A program made the position numbers and the translations under genes. A stretch of DNA of 64,000 bases from Octopus bimaculoides (Eukaryota), in the NCBI RefSeq assembly GCF_001194135.2, contig NC_068989.1, forward strand, positions 4,938,297-5,002,296, read 5' to 3'. How positions within the stretch are numbered: position 1 is the first letter of the stretch; every line of letters starts with the position of its first letter. The notes under the pieces are model-generated. The model worked only from the letters and a program-made list of their open reading frames with translations, searched no databases and was not told where the DNA came from. Positions 12,338 to 26,618 of the stretch are shown one piece after another.

Positions 12338-13186
12338 GTGGACAGTGAGTGTGACTGTTCCCTATTGAAGGACAGTGTCTCCAATGAATCGGAACTCTGT
12401 GACATCCTACCAATGAGCCCCACCAAAATAAACAGCATTCTGCATTACACACACTCAGTGCCGGTCGCTGATGGTGACTTTTCATCGACCTGTGGCACCG
12501 TCAACTCCCGCGGCTTTGATAAAAGCTCCGGCTACGAGAGCGAGCGTGATGGGGAGCGTTCTAGTATTGAGGACGGCCCACGATCACGGTCGAGATCCCA
12601 CTCTCGTTCTCAGTCCGGATCACCTCCTTGCTATAGTTCTGTCATACGAACAGGTCCAAATCAGATTCGGCTGGTTCCAGCCAATCAGAACCAGAAACCT
12701 ATGGATGACACAAGCATTGGAGGTATCAGCAGCTGTGGCGGAGCAGGTGAAGAGCAACTGCAGAAAATCCTTGATGGGTTGCCACGAATTGAGGCCAGCA
12801 CTTATGAACGCAGCCCCATCTGCACAGGATGTAGCATACCTGGCAGCTTGTCACCGGCAGGGAGCGGATCCATACCAAGCCCACGGCCTTTAGGCAAGAA
12901 GTGTGAGGACAGCTGCGGCCCCTGCATCGATCGCAGTTTGGAAGAGATCTCACAGAACTTCAACAGTGAAAGCCCTAAACTGACACCACCAAACAGCAAA
13001 GTGAAACCAAAGCTGAACACATCCCTCAGCTTCCGAAATCGTCGACCAGTTAGCCTGGGCGTAATGCAACGGACATTGCAAGCAACGGCAAACTACCAGC
13101 AAGCTATGGAGCGCAGTAGGGAAGCTATGGTTGCTGCTGACTCAGGTAGTGCACGCCCATATCCCTCTATGGAGGAAAAAGCTTAA
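12338..13186 (+). CDS. ADAM terminal coding exon (VDSECDCSLLK...RPYPSMEEKA*)
   Basis: tttttgtttcAG acceptor, phase 0; 282 codons plus TAA; ORF 12329..13186. Confidence 0.85.
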   Translation: MDSECDCSLLKDSVSNESELCDILPMSPTKINSILHYTHSVPVADGDFSSTCGTVNSRGFDKSSGYESERDGERSSIEDGPRSRSRSHSRSQSGSPPCYSSVIRTGPNQIRLVPANQNQKPMDDTSIGGISSCGGAGEEQLQKILDGLPRIEASTYERSPICTGCSIPGSLSPAGSGSIPSPRPLGKKCEDSCGPCIDRSLEEISQNFNSESPKLTPPNSKVKPKLNTSLSFRNRRPVSLGVMQRTLQATANYQQAMERSREAMVAADSGSARPYPSMEEKA

Positions 13187-14421
13187 ACAATAATATTTAC
13201 ACTTGGTAATAATAATAATAGAGTTACTTATAGGCACAAGAAATAAGATTGAACAGAAACATAAAAACCAGGACAAGTACACACACACACACACACACAG
13301 AGCTTAGAAAAATTGAAGCAATCAATAGTTAGACGTACACTGAACACACATACACGCATACCTTAACTGGGAAATCTCAACAACAAATGATAAGCCTAGT
13401 CTACTTGAATCTATTGCTGGGGGTTGGCCAACTAACATCTATTAGCAAAGTAGCTCAAGTGACCCTTTTTTTTTTTTTTGCTTTTTTTTCATCACTTGGA
13501 TGAATAATTAATTTAATAAACCAAATAAGAATAATGATAATAGCTTAGAAATACTGACAAAATACTAAAGTAAAAGACTATGATAAAGAAGCCAAGCCAA
13601 AGAGTATCTTTGTAATGTAAAATCTCTTTGTCGTGCCACCATCAAATGATTCGGCAATGAACCACAAATTGAAATCAAAAAAACAAAAAAAAGAATTATT
13701 TTATATTTTGTAAAATTCCTTTTTTTTAAAAAAAAATTTTTTTTTCATATTTTGTATATTATATATATATTTTTTAATTTTGTTTCATTTTAATTTCGTG
13801 TTTTCTTGTTTTATTTGCATTTAAAAAGAATTCTTGTATTCTTTAATATCTGTTGTCATGTAACTGTTTCTCTTTCTCTCTACCCCCTCTCATACACAAT
13901 GCATAGTACACACACACACACATATATATATAAACATGTATGCACAGCTCATGTACATACATATATAAACAATTATTCACGTGTAGTTATGTGTGTGAGG
14001 TGGATGACTTTGAAATCACTGATTACCATTTAAATCACTGATTACCATTTAAATCACTTAGTCATCCATCAGATTATTGAGAACTGTCAGTAATTCAGGG
14101 CCCAGTTTTATCCTGACATGTATCAATATACAAGAAGTAGTTGTTGAAGTTATAACAGTACAGACAGCAACACACTGGGCAAGAGAGACACTCTTTCTTA
14201 CACAATTTTAAATCTTGGATCCTTAATTTTGGCCCTCGTCTTAAATCTGTATCATATTGCTACACGATATGAATATCTAGAAATAGGTGTATAATTTGGA
14301 GAAAGAGGGGATGTTAGCTTATATATCTCTATCTCCATCAAAGAGAATTTGGAATCTGACTGAAAGCTGTAGACATACACTGGTGTCACATACATTTGTG
14401 TGACACCCTGGTATTTTGATT

Positions 14422-14457
<36 letters not shown>

Positions 14458-14464
14458 AGCATTC

Positions 14465-14496
<32 letters not shown>

Positions 14497-14592
14497 CTAG
14501 TAATGCCTTTGTCAGCTGAATTTGAGTATTTACACCTGGAAAGTTCCAAGTGTAAGGCTGGGTATATATATATGTATGTATGTGTGTTTGTT

Positions 14593-14626
<34 letters not shown>

Positions 14627-15582
14627 AACTCATGCAGATATGTATACATGTACATATGTAATGCCTATAAAGTGTGTGTGCTCATTTGCTTATAATTTCC
14701 ATGTCTACGAGCATATATCTGTGTGATCCTACGCATATAGACACCAGACACATAAACATCTTGATTACAACAATATCTGGACATGTACAGAAGATTTGCC
14801 CTGGCAACAATTGTACCATTCTCCATTCTCCTATCATCTATTTAAATTTGATTTCTTTCCCCTTTTTCTTTTTTTGTTTTCTCATGTTTCAGTTTTTCAA
14901 CTCAAATCCTGTTTTTTTCTTTTTTTTTTTTCACCCTCCTGTGAGAGTGGAGAATAACTTTTGCTGTTTTGTATATGTTCTGCCTGATAAGTCACCAAAC
15001 AATACTGCTGAAGTGCCTAATTCTTACCTCAAATTATCTATTGGCCACTTCACTTGGATATTATTATTTTTGTTGTTGTTGTAAGGGCAGTGGATTGGCA
15101 GAATTGTTAGAGTATTGGACAAGATGCTTTGTGGTATTTCTAAAGCTCTTTACATTCTCATTTCAAATCCCTTTTGCCTTCCAGCCTTTCTGGACCAGTA
15201 AAAATCAACTCGCCCTACTCCTCAAAATTGCTGGTCGTTCCCTAACTGGGAACAGTAATTATTATTATTATGACATTTCATTTTTATATTTATTTTTTTC
15301 GTTTGTATTTCCCTTATGTTTAAAAATAACAAACTTTTATTGCTTCTTTTTTTTTACTTTTCCTCTACCAAAGACAAAACCTGCCCCAATACTTTTCTTT
15401 CATATATTATATTAATATCATCATCATCATCGTCACAATCATTTTCACCACCACCACCATTTATATCTCCCATTACACCTCTCGCTTATACAGTTCCTTT
15501 ATCACAATTTCTTTCCTTTGTATGTGTAATTTCTTCTAGAATTATATTACTATACATGAGTATATTTCCAGACCTATTCTTC

Positions 15583-15619
<37 letters not shown>

Positions 15620-18600
15620 GGTGGATCTGTTGTTTGACAATGAGGATTCAGTTGTTTGGCAAACAATTACCTCCTCCTAAATTAATGTGTTGGTGGCTGA
15701 GTATTCCATAGACACCATCGTACCCTTAATGTAATTCTCAGGTAGAGTCAGCATGCTAGTGTGTGACAAGGCCCTACCTTTCAAATTACGGTTACAGTCC
15801 ATTTGACAGATTCTTTACAGTTTCCTGCTGCCCAGTTCTATTCACACAGTGTATGGGTCAACCCAAGGCTACACACACACGTCTATGCTAAAAGACATAC
15901 ATATGCATAGATATTATATACATACACCTATTCTTAAACATACACCACAGCCAACATATCTATCCCGAGAAAACCTCAGCTATCTTCTTCATATTTATCT
16001 GTACACACACACACACACACACACAGAGTTGACTGTAAGTCTTGTCAGAAATAAAACGAAAATACTCAAATGTATATTAGGGGGGAAATATTTATGAAAT
16101 ATTTATAGCAATGTTTGAACAGCAATAGAGATCAATCATTAGGATTTGAAAAGGTGATGTCAGCTCTCATCTACAAAAGGCAGTGACAAACTGCTGTAGT
16201 TAAATATTTCTTCTTCAGTAAGAAACAAAGTCATGAACTGGTAGACAACTAGAAGTACTATAATTTGTGTGTGTGTATGTATGTATATAATATAACCATT
16301 TCATCCATTTACATAGTTGCCCCACTTCCAACATATATATAAATTAAATTAATTTTATTTTTCAAATATCATTTAAAAACTCCTTTGTCATTTTTTTTTT
16401 AAACCTATGTTTATTAAGGTATAATTTCTAACTCCTTGAGATGTTGATGGAGATATTTATTTAATATGAATAGACCAATATTTGTAGCAATATTGGTATT
16501 ACCCAACAAAGGAGCTTCTACAAGGTCATTTGACAGGCTAAAAACAGCAGCCAAGAACCAACTGTGAAAAAAAAAGGATATGTAGTGATACATGATGATC
16601 ACAAGTTCTAAAGGCCTTTGATATTATGTCTGGAATTAAACAACAATAATATCATTATTCTGGATGCATTCATATTTTAAGAAATCATAGAATGGTGAAA
16701 ATCATTCAAATTTTCACAGTCTACATAATTACATGTGTCTGTTCGCAGATGGGTGATGATCCTACTGCCATTAGTAATATATCAAGTAGAATGAACAGAT
16801 TCACTTTAACTCAAAGTATCTCAGCTATTTGAAAAGTGAACTATACTTTGTGTTCAAAATGAAAGAGGTCCACCGGATGTATCTTTTCTTGCTAATCCCA
16901 TAAAAATATATTTTAGAGAAAAAAAAAGTTACGCAGCCTTCAATAATTGCCATTTGTAAATATCTGTCTTACTTGCAATTTACAAAGGTGTTTCAATGAC
17001 AACTTGTCGATACAAGGCAAACAGAAAATCCAGTCTATAATTGTTTTTTGTTTTTTAGTCAAACTTCTCTCCTAATTCATTTGATTCCTAATTGCTCTTA
17101 TATATTTTATTATAACTCTCTTTCTTAAAGATTTATTCTAAATAGGCTGATTTCATAATACTCAATGTAACAAAAGTGCTTTTCAGTTTAGAATTTCTAA
17201 CAAAGATGAATAGGCAACAATTACGATATGAAAAGGTAAGCTAAATTTATTAATAATTTTTCTGCATTGCCTGTAAAAATTAGTGGACTAGAAGAAAAAA
17301 TGTGATTAAGGGATAACAATCAGAAATAAGATTGAGCTAAAACTGAATGAGTGGTAAAGCATTAAATTGGTTGCAAGCGAGTAAAAGAATATTATTCACA
17401 CACTAGCATGTGTGAATGATATACAACAAATTATCGCTTTTTTCATCACTTAAAGCTGCATAACTTTTTTACTATCTAATATCTTTTAACAAAATCGTCA
17501 TCAGAAGATTCTACTCATCAAGATCTTTTAAAAGAATATAAGTAAAATATAGTTTTTCTTTTAAGTAACTGAGAAATTATAAGTCAAAGTAAACGTTAGG
17601 CGTTACTCTCCCATTTTTGATTCTACATTTTTTTATCATAAGTTTTTTTTCTACAGAACCAAATTTCGATTATTTTATGTAAAAATGTAGCTTACCATTG
17701 GCCTGTCATAGTGCAAAAAGAACGAATTAAGATTACACTAAAACTGAATGGTTGGCTGCATGTGAATAAAAGTTGACCCCAAGAATATTATTCACACACT
17801 ATCATGTGGGAATGATAAGGCCATTATGAATCATCTGAACAAATACCAGTCTTTATAGCCATATTTACTAAAAACTAAGTCAGTCTGGCCTAATTAATAA
17901 ATGAGCAATTGCAATTTTATGGCAGTGGATAAGAAGAAATGTTAAAATACCTCATTAAATATAAATGCCTTACAGTATTTAAGTTATATTTTGCATTCAA
18001 GCCTTGCCTTTCACCCTTTTACTGGGTGATTAGTTAACTGTATCCTTCCCCCTCACAGTTTTCAGGTCATGAACCTATCTAAGAAATCCTTATGATTAGA
18101 TATATCATACACATCCCAGGAAAATATACATACATACACACACACACTTTTTGTGCAATAAGTTTTTGTGGGTTGGCTAGGTGGCAGAATGTGAAAATGG
18201 GTGAGATACACCAAGTTTAAGAATAAGCACCTCATAGACAAACACATCAACAGCTTCAGGTACATGCCCCATTTTGGCATCCTCTCTACCTATCTCTTAA
18301 TCCATGCAATAGATAGTGGGATTAAGGAATGGAGAATGCTAAGAGGCAGATAGCTCAAATAACAATTTTATGCATTATTCAATTTTTCTCTTACCCTCTC
18401 CCTTACAAAATTAGTTGGGAATTTTATGGTGGTGGATGAAGGGTATAATTAATTTTATATATTCAATTAGCATCTTATTTTTATTTATATTCTTGCCAGC
18501 CTTTCAAAACTTTATTATATGTGATGTCTGTTTTAGTTTGTGTGAGAATGTTTTGTTTTCTCGTTTCTACTTTTCAACCCTAATAAAAGGTCTCTCAAAT

Positions 18601-20490
18601 ACTCTGCTATTTTTATGCTAAGCTAAATTATTCACATTTGATGCTTTTCTTGTTCAAGTTCAGATATAAACATACATGCACAATCATTGCACAGTTACTT
18701 CACACACACATCCCATACTTCAAATCTTCAATAGTAAACTTAAATAATTAGTTATATCTAAGTGATGACCAATTAATCACTATTAGCTTTGAGAGACATG
18801 AAACTGTTTTTAATGGCAAAGCTCGAAGGAGATAAAGCTATAAATAAGAATGCAAATATTAGGTTAAAAAAATATCCTTTGAATGGAAAAGTTGAGAAAG
18901 TTTTAAACATTTTTCTGTCCAAGGTTTTTTTTAACCTAATATGCTACACACTATTATTTATAGCTTTATCTGCTTTAAGTTCCACCGTTAAAAGCAATTA
19001 ATTACTATCAACTTCATTTTATTTGATGAGTTGACTTTTTATTTTTTAATAAACAATAGCAATCTTTTTCTCTAACTAAAACTGAAAAAATTTTTTAAAA
19101 AGCATCATTTTGATGCTTCTTTCTCATTCAGAATTGAAATTTGAGATTTATAAATGATTAACATAAAAAGGTGAGTTGAAATAAAGTTTGACTCAAAACA
19201 ATTATATAACAATACTTAAATTATCCACATTATTCTGCAACCATTAAAAAAAAAAAAAAACATTTTTATGCATCCTGTAAGTCATCTAGTTCCACCCCCT
19301 CCACCCCTGCCAAGTGGAAAGTTAAGCAGATTCTAAGTATGAGCAAAACCTCAGTAAAAATAAGAGTTATTTCCCTTGAAATTATTTACTTATCAAAGTT
19401 ATTTCTCTTTATTCTNNNNNNNNNNNNNNNNNNNNNNNNNNNNNNNNNNNNNNNNNNNNNNNNNNNNNNNNNNNNNNNNNNATTTATTATTTTTCTTGTT
19501 CTTCCCCCTCCCCACAAGACATTTTTATGAAAAGGAGGATATAATCGAATATATGAATAACTTTATTAGTTTTTTTATTTCATCAACCCTCAGCAAGAGT
19601 TTGTTGAATGAAATATCCCCAGAGCTGACTGATTGCTGTTTTTTTTTTTTTTCTTTGAAAGGGTCTAAGTACCAGTGATATGCTGTAGTCAATTACACCC
19701 TCTCCAACAAATATTGGAAATCAGTAATCATCTGAAAACTCTACATGAATATATGCAAATAGAAATCTTGTGTGTGTATAGAGGTTTACAACTTAATACA
19801 TGTAGTTGATTCCTCCCCAATCTTAAATTGAGATTTTCGTTTCTGTTATTCACAGCAACGAAATAAGAAAAAATAATCTACATGTATTATGTATTGATTT
19901 TGTTTTTATCATCTGTACATTCAGTAACACAACTAACTAATGGTGTCACTAAAATAAACAACTAAATACCAAAATAAGAGATCAATTTGATTATACTCTT
20001 CTCCAATTTTCCTTTTTTTATAAAAAAACAATGAGAAAATTTATTTCCCTATGCACTGTAGCAGCGTGGGCATAATCTCTGTGCCTGTGCAGGTTTTATA
20101 AATTTCCCTGAAATTGTGGTAAACTCTATGTTGCTTTAATTCTTGGACATCTGGTATATCTAGTGGTAAGTGAAGCTACCAGCTGTAGTATTTAATGCAA
20201 CAAGAGTTAAACTTATCTTGAAGCTATTGTCATACCTTCAGATTAATGTGACAAATCTTTGTATGCATATGTGTGGTTGTGCAATATTACAAACACAGAT
20301 ATGCAAGTATATATACATACATACACACACACACACACACAAACATACTCAACTACTATTTCTTATTGTATAATGACACACACATGCTCACTCACTTTTG
20401 TATGTGTAAATTCAGACATACATACACTTTTAAACACATTTACTGTATGCATAAACACACACAAATTGACACTCTCCCGTCATTCTTATC

Positions 20491-20523
<33 letters not shown>

Positions 20524-20904
20524 TACATGCACACACAAACATATCTATGTAACTATTTCAAACCTGAATCATGCTTAAGGCTTCTGNNNNNNNNNNNNNT
20601 GTCGGGAAATTTTTTTTTTTTTACTAATTTGAATTCATTTCTCCCCATTGAGGTAACCAAGATGTTTTTCCTTACAACAACTGTTTCAACCTACAAAAAA
20701 AAAGTCTTGCGACTTTTACTAAATGTTATTTATATTTTATACTTATTTTTCCATTAATTGTGAAGCCTTCTTGCATGCAGTTATATTTTTTTAAACCCAT
20801 TCATTCATGCTATTATGATTATTACTTTGTATATATTTGATTAAATGTGTGTGTGTGCAATTGAATTTCTACTCTTCTGTCTCAATGAACCCATTATATA
20901 TATA

Positions 20905-21493
20905 TATAGGAAAAATAGAAGTTGAAAATGCACTGAGAACAGTCAAAATATTTTTTTTTTATTATATTTAAAGATTTAACCAGTTTCACAGATTACACTG
21001 ATTTTCAAAAAGTTGAAATAAAAGGGCATGGCCTATGTCATAGCTGTGTTACTTCTAACTAGTGTTTGAAGCTAGCCCCTATTTTTATAGGGAGTCCATG
21101 GCTCAAATTAGTATGTTTTGAATAGGATTTTGTTTGGTTAAGGATAGTCACATGAGTGGTCTTAGAAATTTTTGTAACAGGGAACCTACAAAAATTTTTG
21201 TAGTGGGGACATAGTAGGGAACCTACAAAAATTTCTAAGACCAACCATCTGACTATCCTCTACCAATCAAATCCTATCCAAAACATACTAATTTGAGCCC
21301 TGAACTCCCTATAAAAATAGGGGCAAACTTCAAATACTAGTCAGAAGCAAGACAGCTGCGACATAAGCCACGTCTTTCTATTTCAACTTTTTGAAAATCA
21401 GTGTAAACTGTGAAACCGGTTAAAGCTTTAAATATATTAATAATAAATATTTTAACTATTCTCAGTGCATTTGCAACTTCTATTTTTCCTATA
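20905..21493. mobile_element. ~590-bp fold-back MITE-like element
   Basis: Arms 20905-21176 and 21224-21493 align as reverse complements over their whole length (tataggaaaaatagaagttg... / ...caacttctatttttcctata); TA-rich ends. Confidence 0.8.
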
Positions 21494-21509
21494 TTTCTAC
21501 CCATGTGGA

Positions 21510-21540
<31 letters not shown>

Positions 21541-22211
21541 GCTAACTGTACAAATGTCTTGTTTTGGTCTCTACTGCTGGTTGTAAATGTATATGCTGTT
21601 GATCACATCAGGCTCCATCTCCAAGATACTCTCTCTATAGATACATTCTGGCTTTAGTTTTAGATTTAAGAAGTCATTAGGAATCACTGCAGATGTTGAT
21701 GGCAAGTTTGCATGACGCAGTTCCACCCTTCATCTTGTTTGATTCTCCACAGGAATTATTGTTCAATTCAGTACCAAAAGCTAACAAAACACAATTTTAG
21801 TGTAGTTACTGCTTACTGAAGTGAGTTGTTCCCACATTATGGTTCCTATTTACAGCTAAATAGACTGAGGTGGGATGCTGAGAGCTGTTTTACCTACATG
21901 CACAGCACTAATGACCAATGTCTAACATCAAATACAAGGTTACTGTGTGTGTAAGACCACACAACTAACCCTGCTCCTTCTTAAGGCAGAAAGATCATGT
22001 TTGATCTGTTTGACTTTTGTGGTGAATTACAGCAATTTGTTTCATCATGAAAATATTAAGGTAGATAAATATAGCACCATTGCAGTCTCTAGCTTAATCA
22101 CCTAGGTTACTGATGTTGTTTTGCCAGTGCAGCACTAGTCCACATTTCATTGCTGCAACAAGCAGAAGACTTGCAGCCTCTGCTCTGCAAGATATTCATG
22201 TGTGATCTCTC

Positions 22212-22251
<40 letters not shown>

Positions 22252-22289
22252 NNNNNNNNNNNNNNNNNNNNNNNNNNNNNNNNNNNNNN

Positions 22290-22331
<42 letters not shown>

Positions 22332-23228
22332 TTCTATCATCAGTTGGGTAGGTAAAGTAGCATTGAGCTGTGTGCTTGACTTCTCCTTGGCCTGTCATTC
22401 TCACAGGTTATAAACCTTTGGTCCCATCAAGAAATTAAAGCACAGTTGAGAGAACTCCTGCACACATGTCCACACAATACTCATGGTATCAAGGCACATT
22501 TACTTCATATCCCTGCCCCACTTCTGCTTCTACAATTAAATGCCTGTGAGCAGAAATTAATAGTTAAAATGTTAAAAGGAAAACAAAAAGTGTTCACATC
22601 CTGCTTTGAGTTAAAAGGTTAGGTTACAAAATATAAATTGAAACAATGACAACTATTTCTTAGGGAGAAACTAAAGCTGAAAGATTAGAAGTTATGTTGT
22701 TTTTTTTTTTTGTTGTTTTTTTAATCACGGTTTCAGTACAGACTTGTGATTAAAGGTGTGCCAGCTATGATCTACCAATCTAGAAGTACAATATCTTTTT
22801 AAGATGGTAGGGTGTAATTTGAGAGACATTTGGCTGACGACAGGAATGTTGATAAATGCAAAAGATTTTGTATGAGATTTCAAGTCCAGTAAAAGAAGAG
22901 GACAATCATACTTGTTCTCAAGAAGTTGTGCTAAAAACTTGTCTCGGACATGTTTTATTCCGTTCTTTTCTTGAAGAAATCAGGATGTAAAAGACAGAGG
23001 TAATGTTTAGAACCAAACTAAACTTTTCTCATTCGTGTCCAATTAACACAACAACACTACATAGAAACCTTCTTTTCTGTAGCGTATGTGCCTGCTTATT
23101 TTGCAAGGGTTTGGCACAAATCTGAAGCTATATAAATGAGTTTATTTATATGAAGAAAGCCATTCTCTTTCCTCTTCAATGATCAACCATGACATACTTC
23201 TCCTTTCCTCTCTCCATTCCTCTAAATG

Positions 23229-23269
<41 letters not shown>

Positions 23270-26200
23270 GTATTCACACCAACCCAACGACTCTGTTAAA
23301 TGTTGTCTCTTAGTGTTGTGAGAATCTCTTAGACTGATAAACAGAAATCAGTTGGATATGAGAATTATGTAATTCATTCTTATCTCATTGATTTGTTTTT
23401 CTTACTTTAATCTTAATTCATCAGATTTTAATTTTATCATCACTTCATTTAAAACAAGTAAATAAAAAAAAGTTTTTAAAATTATTGAAAAAAAAAAACT
23501 GGAGCTTTCTTCAATTGTTTGTCTTATTGTTCAGGATTTTTTTCTTTTTAAAATTGTATTTGAAATATGAACTTAAAACCCTGAAATTGTCTGTAACTCT
23601 CTTCTTTTCCCCAATCTTACAAACAATTTAACATTGTTTAACCCGAAGGGAGCTCTCAGTTTAATAACCCTTATATTGTATTAATATATTTTTTCTTTAA
23701 ATTTTTTTTATAATTTATATATATATAGGGATGTGTGTGTATGTATGTATGTTGGTGCCACCATACTTTTCAACAGTTCATAATTAAAACAACAGAACAA
23801 AGATGTGTTCGTTAGTGTAACCTAAATGTCCAGCTAATCTCCTAGTTGTAGGATGGCCAATTAAATGACTGGAATTTATTGAATAAACATTAAAATTATG
23901 CCAACAAAAATGTGTTTTTGGTAATTATTTTCTAAAACTTGTTTTTTTGCCATTTTTGCCTCTCATTATTTCCAATGTCCACTAATCCTTGTTCTTACCC
24001 TATGTTGTGAGCATAAATCTCTGCATTTTCATACCACTTAAGGGTCAGTATGTACAAGTTACAGATTTCTGTTGAAATACATTGCCCTTGTTTCAATTGG
24101 TTTTGAAAATAACTGTCATTATTAAGCTGGTGTTTGGGACATAAATTAACATATAAATAATACGTTTTTTTCAATTTCATGAACTAAAAGTTGGAGTGGG
24201 GCAGGATAAATTACCTGCATCAACTTGCTATAAAAGCAGGTAGTAATTTTACCTTGTATTTATTCTTAGTGCAAGTTTTGGAGATTGCAGTTTGATTTTT
24301 AACAGTAGTATAAAAGTAGTATAAAAAAACTACACTATTTATGGAATGAGCCAATAATTTTGATTGAAGGTTTCAAATTAAGCCTACTTAAATCAGGAAA
24401 TTTGTATTCTAGAACCAGGGGTAAAAAAAAGGGTAACGACTCCCTTCAGTCATGAATGACCATGGGATTGCACCTTGAAAGTTACGTTCCGAAGCACAAG
24501 CCTGGGCAAAGTTGTTTATGGAAGACAAGCAGTCAGCCATGCATACCAGCCTCCCCTCTCCATGCCACTGATGTTACCCCAGGCAAAGGCCAATACTGTT
24601 CAGACCAGTAACATGGCAACTCATTTCTACGGAGCAACATGAAATAAAGTGTCTTGCTCAACACAGCCCAGTCCAGGAATTGAACTCACTACATCATGAT
24701 TGTGAGCCCAATGCTCTAACCACTGAGTTATGTGCCATCACTGAACCAGGCGTAGGCTGGTATCAAATTGGTTGAGAACTTCTACATAGTCTTTCACTCA
24801 CTAATGAAGCCTCAGTGTTGTCCCTATCCTGAATAGAAATAGCAGTTAAACCCCCTCAAACCGCTCCCTAAAACACTTTGAAATGGAAACCACACACATT
24901 TTAAATCTTAAATTATGGCACAGCCTATCTCTACAAGAACACAAGGTTCTCGTTACACCGGAACATTAAATGAATGATGCTTCAGTTATTCCCCTGCCTT
25001 TTTACCATACATCATATCGTATAATATTCTAATATTATTTAAACAGCAGAATCATTAGCATGTTGGTCAAAATGCTTAGAGACATTTCGTCCAGCTTTAC
25101 ATTCTGAGTCCAAATTCCTTGAGAAAGATTTTGCCTTTCATCCTTTCAGAGTCAATAAGTACCAGTCATGCACTGGGGTTGATGTAATTAACTTAAAGGT
25201 TCCTTCAAAATTTGAAATAATTTAAATAAATATCTACCTGTCTGTTAACTCTCTCCATTCTTCTGGGTTGAACTGATTATTAATAATATACACAACACAT
25301 AACCTCAAAGGAAAGTAAAGAAAGAAAGACATCGAAGGGGCGATACACACTCTGTGCGCACACAAGGATAAAATAATATTTAATTTAATAATCTCATATG
25401 AATTCGTATTTCAACAAAATGACATCAAGAATTATTTCCCCTCCTTATCATTTATAAAGATTCGCCTGTCCAACAGTTTTGAAGATAATCAAATCAAAAT
25501 TTAATAAGTTTGAGCTACTCACCCAATGAGTATTTCTTCCAAATTTGGTGAAAATCCGTTGAGCCGTTTTTCCAGACAAGCAGACAAAGACAAGCCCTTG
25601 CTTTGCTTATGTGCGCAGGGTTAATAAATCCTTCTCATCAAGGATTACGTAGAATCCAATTTTTTTTTCAAGATTGTTGAGTAACATTTAAGGAGATTTG
25701 GCTACCATTTCTAGCAGTTCAAGTAACAATGTAGAGGTTCTCTCATTAGCTCAAGACAAATTATTTTCTTCCTTAGGTAGGGGATCAAGGATCTTCAGAA
25801 GTTTCATAATTAACTGTACTAATCTTAATTACTGCTGCTAAACTTATTGGTTCTTGAATCTTGGTTATACTACTCCCCTCTACATAGCAATGAATAGATT
25901 TTTTTTTTACCTCAAAATTGTTGTAAGAAGAAATATAGTTAATTGAATTAGCTCCAATATAGATCTGGTAATTTATCGTAGAGGCAAGAAAGTCAAAGCA
26001 AAATTTGTTGATTCAAAACTAAATATGTCTGCAGTTCGTCTAAAATTGTTCCACTAAATATGTAAGCAGCTAATCTAGCACAGTACCACTTCAGCTAGTT
26101 CACCACCTTCTGCACTTAGCAAATTAATACCATTTTCATTTTTCTATTAATCTCCAACCATCATCAGATACCATGTCAGATTGGATTCAAACTCAGAACT

Positions 26201-26577
26201 TTTATTCCTAAGCTAAGAATAATTAACACAAATATCAAACTCAGGCACTGATGCTTGTAAAATGATGACAAATGGAGATGAAGCCAGTTAAGACAAAATG
26301 CCAGCAAGAAAGGCTGACGTTAAATGATGATGATGTAAATTGTGAGGGAATTTTTTCATCTCTGAGCTTGATGTTAATAAAGAGACCAAAGAAATTATAA
26401 TCATATTAACAATAAACTCATCCCAGATATTTAGATATTTAATAATCTGTTAAACAATTAGGGAAACAGAAAAGAGAAAATAGTTGAAGCATCAGTAGTA
26501 TTATGTGTCTGTATGTTTATAATAGTTCTTTAGTATGGCCACGCTCATACTAGAGCACTGCTGTCTAAACACGTGTA

Positions 26578-26618
<41 letters not shown>

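Noticed and set aside
10755-13020. Overlapping ORFs 10755..11102(-), 12471..12893(+), 12726..12953(-), 12802..13020(-)
   Set aside because: Shadows of GC-rich ADAM coding exons; no domain signal or independent splice structure.
13806-16097. Numerous 60-150 aa ORFs in the track here and at 44824-47620, 51049-51363, 62111-63994
   Set aside because: Produced by (CA)n, (TA)n, (GA)n, poly-T tracts or N runs; low-complexity translations.
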